The notes under the pieces are model-generated. The model was not told the origin of the DNA, searched no databases, and worked only from the letters and a program-made list of their open reading frames with translations. Position numbers and translations under genes: made by a program. This document shows positions 18,552 to 26,411 of a stretch of DNA of 42,512 nt, one piece after another. Each line of letters begins with the position of its first letter. Positions within the stretch are counted from its first letter, which is position 1. The stretch is from the NCBI GenBank assembly GCA_038078735.1, contig JBBTTI010000040.1:1-42512 (forward strand), written 5' to 3'. Origin of the DNA: Patescibacteria group bacterium. Its GTDB lineage: Bacteria; Patescibacteriota; Minisyncoccia; Minisyncoccales; CAZWNE01.

Positions 18552-19472
18552 CTATTTCTGACGGCTTAGATTAAAAGAATTATTTATTTGGTTTATCTTT
18601 TTTTGAAAGTTATCATCAAGTATTGTTATAATTTTCGTTCTCGGACTGTTTTCCATAATAAGCATAGGCGGACAAGTAATGTCAACGATAAAAAGAGGAT
18701 CTTTGTAACCGTAAATTTTATATTTTCCTCCAGCGGCCACAAAAATAGCGTCGACTTTATTTAAAAAAATATTTATTTGTTGAATATCTATTATTTCAAT
18801 GTTTTTAATTTCCAGTATCCTCGCAAGCTCTTTTGATTTTTTCTTTTCAATATCAGCAATTACGATTGAATTTATTTTATCTTTAAGAGAATTGCAAGCT
18901 TTTGCGAATTCTTTTGATATCATACCCGCCCCAATAATCATAAAACTCTTCAAATTTTTATCGAAAGAATCGTTTATAATTTTCAATGCGATAGTGGCAT
19001 AATTATCATTATTGTAAAAATTATTTGATTTGCGAAACAAGTCGGAATTTTTTAAAGCTAAGTAAAAAATATTTTTAAGATTTGATTTTTCTTCAAGGTG
19101 AGATTCAAAAGTATTTATAACTTGCTCCCTTATTTGAAGCTCTCCTGTTATTTCTGATAATTCTCCCGAACAAAGATGCGTTAAACGATCTATAATATCT
19201 TTTTCCTGAAGTAAAATTTTTAATTTATTTTTTAAGAAAACGTCATAGATTTTTCTTAATTTGTCGTCAGTGTTAACAAAGATATAAATTTCAAACCGCA
19301 GACAGGTAAAAATAACGACGATCTCGTCTGAATAAAAATCAACATCTTTTATGATTTTTTCAAAAAAACCGTTTTCAATATTTTCCCCAATATCCTTCTT
19401 GGAAAACATTACGTGATCAAAAATTCCGGCAATAAAACTCGATCTACTTTTATAAGAAGAGTTGTCGGTCAT
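18552..19472 (-). CDS. Glutamyl-tRNA reductase (HemA)-like protein lacking the C-terminal dimerisation domain
   Basis: FTCLRFEIY (cf. STCNRxEIY, catalytic Cys), SG..SEITGE.QI..QV (cf. SGLDS...GE.QI.GQV), IIGAGMI Rossmann motif and VDITCP (cf. IDIAVP). Only 306 aa. Confidence 0.72.
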   Translation of the reverse strand: MTDNSSYKSRSSFIAGIFDHVMFSKKDIGENIENGFFEKIIKDVDFYSDEIVVIFTCLRFEIYIFVNTDDKLRKIYDVFLKNKLKILLQEKDIIDRLTHLCSGELSEITGELQIREQVINTFESHLEEKSNLKNIFYLALKNSDLFRKSNNFYNNDNYATIALKIINDSFDKNLKSFMIIGAGMISKEFAKACNSLKDKINSIVIADIEKKKSKELARILEIKNIEIIDIQQINIFLNKVDAIFVAAGGKYKIYGYKDPLFIVDITCPPMLIMENSPRTKIITILDDNFQKKINQINNSFNLSRQK

Positions 19473-19512
19473 TATTTTATAATAACACTGTTAGACAAAA
19501 AATCAACTCTTA

Positions 19513-20554
19513 TTATAGTTCTTTAATTTCCGAAAGTTTTTTTAGCCTTTCTTGGTATATGACCACGATTTTCTCAAGCGATCTTCTTCTCTGATGATAA
19601 TTGGCGGATATAAAATCCGTTTAAATAATCCAATTTTTGAATATTAAAAATCGCTCCGCTTTTTTGTACTCTTTTCAAAGAAAAACTTTTGATCAGCTCA
19701 TCTAAAGAATAAATTTCTTTTTCTCCGCCCGGATTCCAACCAAGAAAAGCGATAAAATTAATTAGAGCCTCTGGTAAGTAACCTTCTTTTTTAAAATCAG
19801 AAACAGCCGTTGCTCCGTCTCTTTTGGACATCTTGCTTCTATCCGGGGCTAAAATCATTGGAAAATGGCCGTATTCCGGCTGGGGAAATCCCAAAGCTCG
19901 CTGAAGCAGTATTTGTTTTGGAGTATTGGTAAAATGATCGTTTCCTCGGATAACATGGGAAATATTCATTTCAAAATCGTCTATCACGCCGGCTAAAGCG
20001 AACAGCGGCTGCCTTAAATTTTTAGCAATTACTATGTCCCCCACCAGCCCCATGTCAAATTCCGCTTCGCCTTTTATTGTGTCTTTAAATTTTATTTTTT
20101 CCGGTTCTATTTTAAATCTGATAACAGGCGATTTTTTTTCTTTTAATTTTTTTTCTACTTCCTCTTTTGACAAATTCCGGCAAGCGCCGACATATTTTGG
20201 CGCCTCTCCCCTGCTCTGTTGATCTTGCCTTTGGGCTTCCAGTTCCTCTTCTGAACAAAAACAATAATAGGCTTTATTCTCTTCTAAAAGTTTTTTAGTA
20301 TACTTTTCATAAATTTCCAGCCGTTCGCTTTGGCGAAATGGACCTTCGTCCCAATTAATTCCCAGCCATTTTAAACTTTCTATAATATCTTTCTCGTATT
20401 CCGGTCGCGACCTTTCTTTATCCGTATCTTCTATTCTTAAGATAAATTTTCCGTTTTTATTTCTGGCGAAAAGAAAAGCAAAAAGCGCGGTCCGGGCAGA
20501 TCCGATGTGCAAATTTCCCGTCGGCGACGGCGCAAACCTTGTGCGTATTTCCAT
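19513..20554 (-). pseudogene. gltX: Truncated/frameshifted gltX (catalytic-domain ORF 19574-20554 plus out-of-frame tail)
   Basis: RFAPSPTG.LHIGS and KMSKR present. ORF stops after 326 aa; another frame at 19513-19578 reads LEKIVVIYQERLKKLSEIKEL*, matching LQKIVSVYQERLKKLSEIKEF of the full copy. Confidence 0.8.
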
Positions 20555-20584
20555 ATTTTCATTCTATAACATATCATTTAAATA

Positions 20585-20935
20585 TCAAATTACTTTCCCG
20601 AGATCGGGTCTCGGGAAAGTAGTATTTTTTAGAAAATAAATAAGGCCTAGAGCTGCTTTTAGACAAACTCTAGGCCTTTTTTTATGGGCCAGTGAATGGT
20701 CCGGTATGTTCGTGCAACGGTCCAGGTAATATGTGCTTAAGGCTTCCATGAACTGCAAATGTTCTATAGTGGCGCTAAGCAGCTCGACTTCGCCTTCTTT
20801 TGGTTCCCGGCCGAGGATTTTTTTGATTTCTTCCCCAGAGGGTGCGAAAATTTTCTTCACCGCATCTTCCGGCCTCAGACCAAGCTGGACAAGGGCTTGC
20901 CTCATGGTTTCTATTCTTTCCTCGCTACTCTGCAA
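20585..20935 (-). CDS. Hypothetical protein
   Basis: Strong AAGGAGGT RBS before TTG. The C-terminus runs through a palindrome (FPRPDLGK). Confidence 0.6.
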   Translation of the reverse strand: MQSSEERIETMRQALVQLGLRPEDAVKKIFAPSGEEIKKILGREPKEGEVELLSATIEHLQFMEALSTYYLDRCTNIPDHSLAHKKRPRVCLKAALGLIYFLKNTTFPRPDLGKVI

Positions 20936-21057
20936 CTTACCTCCTTTCCCCAGTATACTTTACTAAAAATCCGCGATAACCGACAAGCGTCGGTTTTAAC
21001 CACGGAAAACTAATTCAATCATACACTTTATTTAAAAATTGTCAATGGCGCATTGGT

Positions 21058-21204
21058 AATAGTAATAACTACGCTATAGCAATGATATTACTACTAGAAT
21101 AACTTTGTTGTCCCGAGATCGGGTCTCGGGACGATCAATAACTTAGAAACTAAGTTTCTCAACTTGGAAACTCAGTTTCAATGTTAAACATTGAATGTTT
21201 GATA
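21058..21204. repeat. Intergenic cluster of palindromes/dispersed repeats
   Basis: 35-bp unit 21058-21092 recurs at 25760-25794 with 1 mismatch. Also GTCCCGAGA-TCGGG-TCTCGGGAC (21110-21132) and AACTTGGAAACTCAGTTTC (again near 21559). Confidence 0.75.
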
Positions 21205-21206
21205 AA

Positions 21207-21518
21207 TTAAAATATTTCTAATTGAGCGATTTCTTCTAATTGTTTGCTGGTTAAAATTTGGCGCTCCTGCAAAGCTTTAATTATAATTGCCCACATTTTC
21301 TTTTCTCTTTTTTCTTGGTGATCCCTAACGGTTTTTTCAGTGAGAAGAATGTCTAGCTTTTTTAACATATTATCCTGGCTAGTTAAAGTTTTGTTTTTAA
21401 AATCTTCAAGCTCTGTTTTTGTAGCAAAAGTCTCTTGCATCCAAGGAAATAAAACCTCTCGGTTGTATGAAACAAGAACTTCTAGGGTTAATGGCTTTTG
21501 GCTTTTATTGTTTTTCAT
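21207..21518 (-). CDS. Hypothetical coiled-coil protein
   Basis: Likely start MKNNKSQ at 21518; charged helical sequence. Confidence 0.6.
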   Translation of the reverse strand: MKNNKSQKPLTLEVLVSYNREVLFPWMQETFATKTELEDFKNKTLTSQDNMLKKLDILLTEKTVRDHQEKREKKMWAIIIKALQERQILTSKQLEEIAQLEIF

Positions 21519-21576
21519 ATTTTCGTCCTTATTATATCTTATTACAAAACTCTCTGTCAACTTGGAAACTCAGTTT

Positions 21577-22689
21577 CTATTTGAAAAGATATTCGGCAAT
21601 GGTTTTGGCGGCTAATGGACGAGAAAATTCCTTCGCCGCTTTGGACATTTTTTCCAGTTCTTCGGGATGGGAAAAAAGAAATTTCAGTTTTTCCATAAAA
21701 AAATTCGGGGTAAAATTAGATTCTTCCAAAACAACAGCCGCTCCATTTTGACCATAGGAATAAGCGTTTTCCACTTGGTGATTTTGAGCGGCTTCGGGCA
21801 AAGGAATTAAAATTGAGGGCTTGCCTAAGGCGGCAATTTCAAAGATTGAGCCGGAGCCGGCCCGGGAAACGATTAAGTCGCAAACCGCGTAAGCCTGCTT
21901 TAATACTTCTTCTTTCAAAAAAGGAACAGGATGAAATGATTTCTCCAAATCAGCGCCGACTACCACCTTAACTTCAGCCTTAACTTGATCGGAGTTTTTT
22001 TCTCCGATCTGATGGATTATTTCAAATTTTTCTAAGAGCTGGGGCAAAATTTCCAAAATCTTATCATTAATTCTTTGGGCTCCCTGACTGCCCCCCAAAA
22101 CAAAAATAATTGGTTTTTGAGTTCCTATTCCAAACAGTTGCCTTGCCTCTTCTTTCGTCCCCTCCAGAAGCTCTCTTCTAACAGGGTTTCCGGTTAGAAT
22201 CATTTTCTTAGGAGAGAAAAATTGAGTTCGGGGGAAAGAAACAAAAACTTTTTTGGCAAAAATGGAAAGAAATTTATTAGCTAAACCGGGCTTTACATCC
22301 CCTTCATGCAAGAATATGGGAACCCATAAAAACCAACCGGCCAAAACCACGGGCAAAGATCCGTAGCCGCCTTTGGAGAGTATTAAATCCGGACCTAAAA
22401 ATAAAACTTTCCAAAATGCCATAAAAATTCCCGCGGGAACCTTAACAAATAAATCCAACAGATTTTCCATAAAACTTTTAAAATTAAGATACCTTCGGAT
22501 CTTTCCGGCTAAAATTGTTTTTATTTTTATTCCTTCTTGGGACAGTAAAATGGCGCCAAAATCATCTTTAGGCCCCATATAAAAAATCCCCAAATTTTTT
22601 TCAGGACGGATTCTCCTTATTTCCCTAGATAAAGCGACAAGAGGTAGAACGTGTCCGCCCGTGCCCCCGCCGGTAAATAATATTTTCAA
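21577..22689 (-). CDS. murG: Undecaprenyl-PP-MurNAc-pentapeptide GlcNAc transferase
   Basis: GGGTGGH, KGGY, GNPVR, GGSQGA, SRAG.G and HQ..NA. Confidence 0.96.
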   Translation of the reverse strand: MKILFTGGGTGGHVLPLVALSREIRRIRPEKNLGIFYMGPKDDFGAILLSQEGIKIKTILAGKIRRYLNFKSFMENLLDLFVKVPAGIFMAFWKVLFLGPDLILSKGGYGSLPVVLAGWFLWVPIFLHEGDVKPGLANKFLSIFAKKVFVSFPRTQFFSPKKMILTGNPVRRELLEGTKEEARQLFGIGTQKPIIFVLGGSQGAQRINDKILEILPQLLEKFEIIHQIGEKNSDQVKAEVKVVVGADLEKSFHPVPFLKEEVLKQAYAVCDLIVSRAGSGSIFEIAALGKPSILIPLPEAAQNHQVENAYSYGQNGAAVVLEESNFTPNFFMEKLKFLFSHPEELEKMSKAAKEFSRPLAAKTIAEYLFK

Positions 22690-23759
22690 GTGCGTTGCTT
22701 AGATATATTTAATAATATGCCGATGCTTGCCAATTCTATTGTCAAGGCTGAACCGCCATAGCTGATAAACGGCAGAGGTATGCCGGTTAATGGCAGAAGG
22801 CCGATCATTGCTCCGATGTTAATAAAAGCCTGCAAGACAATCCATGATGTAATTCCTATGGCCAATAATTGATAAAATGGATCTTTCGTTTTTTTGGCAA
22901 TTTTAATTCCCTTCCATAAAAATATTAAAAAGAAAGAAATTAAAAATATGGCTCCGGCAAAACCCGCTTCTTTGGCAAAAATTACAAAGATTGAATCGGA
23001 AATCGGCTGGGGTAAAAGACCGAATTTTTCTTGGGCCAATCCTAATCCTCGCCCTAAAAGTCCGCCGGAACCCACGGCAATAACTGATTGGGTAATTTGA
23101 TAGCCGGTTCCTTGCGGATCTGCCGTCGGATGTAAAAAAGTTGTCAACCGGCTAAAACGATAAACGGAAAATTTCATAAGAGCCGCTAATCCTCCAATGC
23201 CCGCTAAGACAACCAGAACGCTGTGCCAAATTGGCGTTCGAGCGGAAAAATATATCAAAATGGCCGTTAGAACAATTATTCCTAAAGTTCCGACATCCGG
23301 CTGAAATATTAAAAGCAAGCTAACCAATCCTACGATTATTAAAAAAGCCGGAAAAGATCGGCGGCTGCTAGTTAAAAAACTGGACAAATAAATAATAAAA
23401 GTTAATTTCAAAAATTCCGACGGTTGAAAGGAAATCGGCCCAATACCCAGCCAGCTATGAGACCCTCCGGCTGTTCTGCCGATTATCGGCAAGAAAACCA
23501 TTGCCAGAAGAGCTAAATTCATTAAAAGAAGAAGCGGCGCTATTTTTTTTATTTTTTCTAGATTTATTTTAAAAAAGAAAAGAGCTAAAATTCCTCCGGG
23601 TATTAAGCCAAACAGCGCTTGATGAATCAAATAATAATAAGGATGACCGAATCTATCTTGGGAAAAGGAAGCGGAACTGCTGGCTAAAATTAAAACTCCC
23701 ATAAGAACCAGAATAGCAAATATCGCCAATAAAAAATAATCTAATGATCTCTTTGCCAT
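22686..23759 (-). CDS. ftsW: Cell division protein FtsW (SEDS family)
   Basis: QPSEF.K, QPD.GT, GYQ..QS..A.GSGG..G.G, P.TGIPLPFISYGGS. Adjacent to murG. Confidence 0.92.
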   Translation of the reverse strand: MAKRSLDYFLLAIFAILVLMGVLILASSSASFSQDRFGHPYYYLIHQALFGLIPGGILALFFFKINLEKIKKIAPLLLLMNLALLAMVFLPIIGRTAGGSHSWLGIGPISFQPSEFLKLTFIIYLSSFLTSSRRSFPAFLIIVGLVSLLLIFQPDVGTLGIIVLTAILIYFSARTPIWHSVLVVLAGIGGLAALMKFSVYRFSRLTTFLHPTADPQGTGYQITQSVIAVGSGGLLGRGLGLAQEKFGLLPQPISDSIFVIFAKEAGFAGAIFLISFFLIFLWKGIKIAKKTKDPFYQLLAIGITSWIVLQAFINIGAMIGLLPLTGIPLPFISYGGSALTIELASIGILLNISKQRT

Positions 23760-24973
23760 TTGGTTTTAGCAAATTGTCTTACGTATTTTTTAAATAAATC
23801 GCCCTTCTCTATATAATCGCGGAAGATGCTGTAACTGGCAGAGGCGCAGGATAATAAGCAAATTTTCCCCTTTTCAGTATTGCGGTAAGCTAAGCTTACC
23901 GCATCGGGCATATTGTTAACGAAAAATGGTTCGACGCGGCTCACCACAAGATGTTTTTGTCGAAGGATTTCCTGCCAAATTTTTTCCCCAGTAGTCGGAA
24001 ATAAGATTATATTTTTAATTTTACTCTTTAGAACCGCTTTTGCCAAATTTTTAAAATCAATTCCCCTATCATATCCGCCAAGCATGATCGTTTGGACATT
24101 ATCGCCTAGTTGATTTATGGCCGCTATAGTCGCTTCCGGTATGGTGGCTATAGCATCGTCATAAAAAGTAATTCCTTTAAAAGTTCCGACTAATTCTAAG
24201 CGGTGCGGCAAGGGTTTAAAATTCTTGATCGCTTTTTCTATTTTTTCATTTGAGATTTTAAACAACTCCCCCACTGCTCTCGCGGCATTTCTGTCTAACT
24301 CATAATATTCCCCTTTTATAGGAATGATTTTTGCTCTTGATTTACTGGCAATTTGGCTAACTAATTTATTAGTAGAATTATAAACTAGAAAATCCCCCCT
24401 TTTTTGGTGAAGCGCTATATTGGCCTTGGCATTTATATATTCTTTGAAATTTCGGTAATAATCCATGTGTTCAGGATAAATATTTAATAGTACGGCAATG
24501 TGCGGGGATTTTTTAAGATTAGTCAGCTGAAAACTGGATAATTCATAGACATAGACGTCTTTTGGCGTAGCGGAAAACAGCAGGTTTAAAACCGGCTTGC
24601 CTATATTCCCAACCAGATGGGCTTTTAACCCCCCAATTTTTAAAATATCATAAATTAAAGAGGTGGTGGTGCTTTTGCCCTTAGTCCCCGTAATTCCGAC
24701 AATTTGTCCCAGACAATTATCAAAAAAAATCTCCGTCTGCGTCGTAATTTTCCCGACATCGGGTCTCGGGATTTTTTTAAACGGGATGCCGGGCGATTTA
24801 ATGATTACGTCGTAATCCCCTATCTTATCAAGATAATCTTTGCCAAATTTCTGGTCGGCAATGCCAATCTTTTTTTTGGGAAATAATTTTTTCAAAAACA
24901 AAAGAGTGTCTCTCCCCTCTTTGCCAAATCCCAATATCAATATTTTTTTATCTTTTAATTCGTTTAATTTCAT
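23741..24973 (-). CDS. murD: UDP-MurNAc-L-Ala--glutamate ligase (probably L-Glu-specific MurD2 type)
   Basis: ILG.G.EG, KSPGI, GITGTKGKSTT, GNIG.P, ELSSFQL, EHMDY and HRLE. Likely start ATG 24973; murL nearby. Confidence 0.9.
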   Translation of the reverse strand: MKLNELKDKKILILGFGKEGRDTLLFLKKLFPKKKIGIADQKFGKDYLDKIGDYDVIIKSPGIPFKKIPRPDVGKITTQTEIFFDNCLGQIVGITGTKGKSTTTSLIYDILKIGGLKAHLVGNIGKPVLNLLFSATPKDVYVYELSSFQLTNLKKSPHIAVLLNIYPEHMDYYRNFKEYINAKANIALHQKRGDFLVYNSTNKLVSQIASKSRAKIIPIKGEYYELDRNAARAVGELFKISNEKIEKAIKNFKPLPHRLELVGTFKGITFYDDAIATIPEATIAAINQLGDNVQTIMLGGYDRGIDFKNLAKAVLKSKIKNIILFPTTGEKIWQEILRQKHLVVSRVEPFFVNNMPDAVSLAYRNTEKGKICLLSCASASYSIFRDYIEKGDLFKKYVRQFAKTKWQRDH

Positions 24974-25088
24974 TATATTTAAAAATACCACAAATTTAAT
25001 CTTTTTTAAATAAAAAATCGGGCGGAGAGACATAATCTCTTCGCCCTTCTATGGTATTGAACTATTTTTTCCTCGCCCTCCCTTTAAT

Positions 25089-25487
25089 TTAAGGGAGACA
25101 AAATGTTGAAAATTTAATATCGGGAAATCTTTCTTGAAGTTCTTTCGTCCTCTGATTTAATGTCGGGAGCATAATACCATTTCTCACTTTCTGGGTTGCG
25201 TATCCCGCATCAAATTTAAGATCTTGCGTATGTTCCTCCTCGTAATAAATTTCTCTTCCCCATGGCGTTTCAGCGCTGAAATAGATAATGAAGGGAAATT
25301 TGCTGGTAGTATAAGGAAGAAACCGGTGGTTCGGAAGAAAATGTATGTATATAAGTGTTTTAACTTCAATTAAGGGACATCTTTTTTTTCTAACAACCTG
25401 GATAAATTTTTCGATAGACCGTAGTTTTTTGTCCGGACCGAACTGAGAAAAATATTCCCTCAACAACCAAAGAACTAATTTTTTCAT
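25089..25487 (-). CDS. Hypothetical protein
   Basis: 132 aa with a purine-rich RBS and TTGACA upstream (within the murL relic). Confidence 0.6.
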   Translation of the reverse strand: MKKLVLWLLREYFSQFGPDKKLRSIEKFIQVVRKKRCPLIEVKTLIYIHFLPNHRFLPYTTSKFPFIIYFSAETPWGREIYYEEEHTQDLKFDAGYATQKVRNGIMLPTLNQRTKELQERFPDIKFSTFCLP

Positions 25488-25523
25488 TTTGAGCCCCCCT
25501 TCTTTTATATAATTTATATATCT

Positions 25524-25658
25524 TTACTTCAGTCTTGTCAAGAGGTAGGGGGTTTCGCCTGATTTTTGGGATTTTTCCTTGCACAATTTAAAGGCTCGTT
25601 GGCTTTCTGCGAAGGTGCCGACACATTCAAAGGGTTTGTTTTTTGTTTTTCCCAGCAA
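25524..25658 (-). pseudogene. Relic duplicate of the murL 3' end
   Basis: Translates LLGKTKNKPFECVGTFAESQRAFKLCKEKSQKSGETPYLLTRLK*, versus murL LLGQGIAKPFECVGTFAESREAFKLCKKKSQKSGKIPYLLTKLK*. Confidence 0.85.
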
Positions 25659-25662
25659 TCAA

Positions 25663-25794
25663 GAAATGTCATAGGTGTCACCTATGACATTTCGACCTAT
25701 GACATTTCGATAAATTTTACTTTTCTAATAATTAACCTCTCAAGTTGATTATCGTATTGAATAGTAATAACTATGCTATAGCAATGATATTACT
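25663..25794. repeat. Palindrome/dispersed repeat cluster
   Basis: GAAATGTCATAGGTG-T-CACCTATGACATTTC (25663-25693) with a partial tandem copy, and the 35-bp repeat 25760-25794. Confidence 0.75.
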
Positions 25795-25813
25795 GCTGTA
25801 ATAATCATAGATC

Positions 25814-25848
25814 AAAAAAATAGGCAGAGAGTTGGTGGCTCTCTGCCT
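25814..25848 (-). terminator. Rho-independent terminator
   Basis: AGGCAGAGAG/CTCTCTGCCT stem with A7 on the + strand (U-tract on minus). Confidence 0.7.
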
Positions 25849-25947
25849 TAGTTGTTTTGGGTTGTCTCCGCAGGAGATTGGCTTTCACCTATTTCTCCTT
25901 TAGGCGGTGGCTTACGTGCCGTGGCTTACGTGCCGTAAGAGTTGCTT

Positions 25948-26355
25948 CTATATTAACCGCTGTTTTGCAGTCGCTAGCTGGTCCCGAAGATTCTCAATTT
26001 GCCGGTTCCTTCTGGATATTTTCTCCAAAGCTGCTTCATACTTTTCAGTGAGCCATTTTGGACTACATATCCAAAGGCCGTCTTCTATTTCCACCTCGAA
26101 GTCATCGGGAGAATTTTCCATACTCTCTTTATATGGAACCACGAGACTCTTCTTTATTTTCCCCCATTCTCCTCTTGCTCCATTGATACATACCACCGAT
26201 CTATCATCAAGGCGGAAACTGTCAATACCGGGACCATGAGTGGGAAATCCACAGATATCATCCTTGCCTTGGGGCAGAACGGGAAGAGGATAAACGATCT
26301 CAGGAATCCCTCTTCCGGAATCGTTCCAGTAATACCTTGCCATGTAAATATTCAC
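25948..26355 (-). CDS. Hypothetical protein
   Basis: 135-aa ORF downstream of a TTGACA-17-TATTCT promoter embedded in the murL 3' end, with its own terminator. Confidence 0.55.
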   Translation of the reverse strand: MNIYMARYYWNDSGRGIPEIVYPLPVLPQGKDDICGFPTHGPGIDSFRLDDRSVVCINGARGEWGKIKKSLVVPYKESMENSPDDFEVEIEDGLWICSPKWLTEKYEAALEKISRRNRQIENLRDQLATAKQRLI

Positions 26356-26411
26356 TTTTTTGTCCTTTTGCCACCAAACAGAGAAAACCCAACTATTTTA
26401 AGAATAGCATG

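Noticed and set aside
14160-19472. Ordinary heme/siroheme (Ahb) biosynthesis operon
   Set aside because: hemL, hemB, hemC, hemD, cysG and ahbAB are absent from the window, HemA is truncated, and the NTase and FAD genes do not belong to that pathway. Cannot be fully excluded without the rest of the genome.
19574-20554. Bona fide gluQ (YadB)
   Set aside because: Near-identity to the neighbouring gltX at its 3' end and an out-of-frame continuation indicate a truncated gltX.
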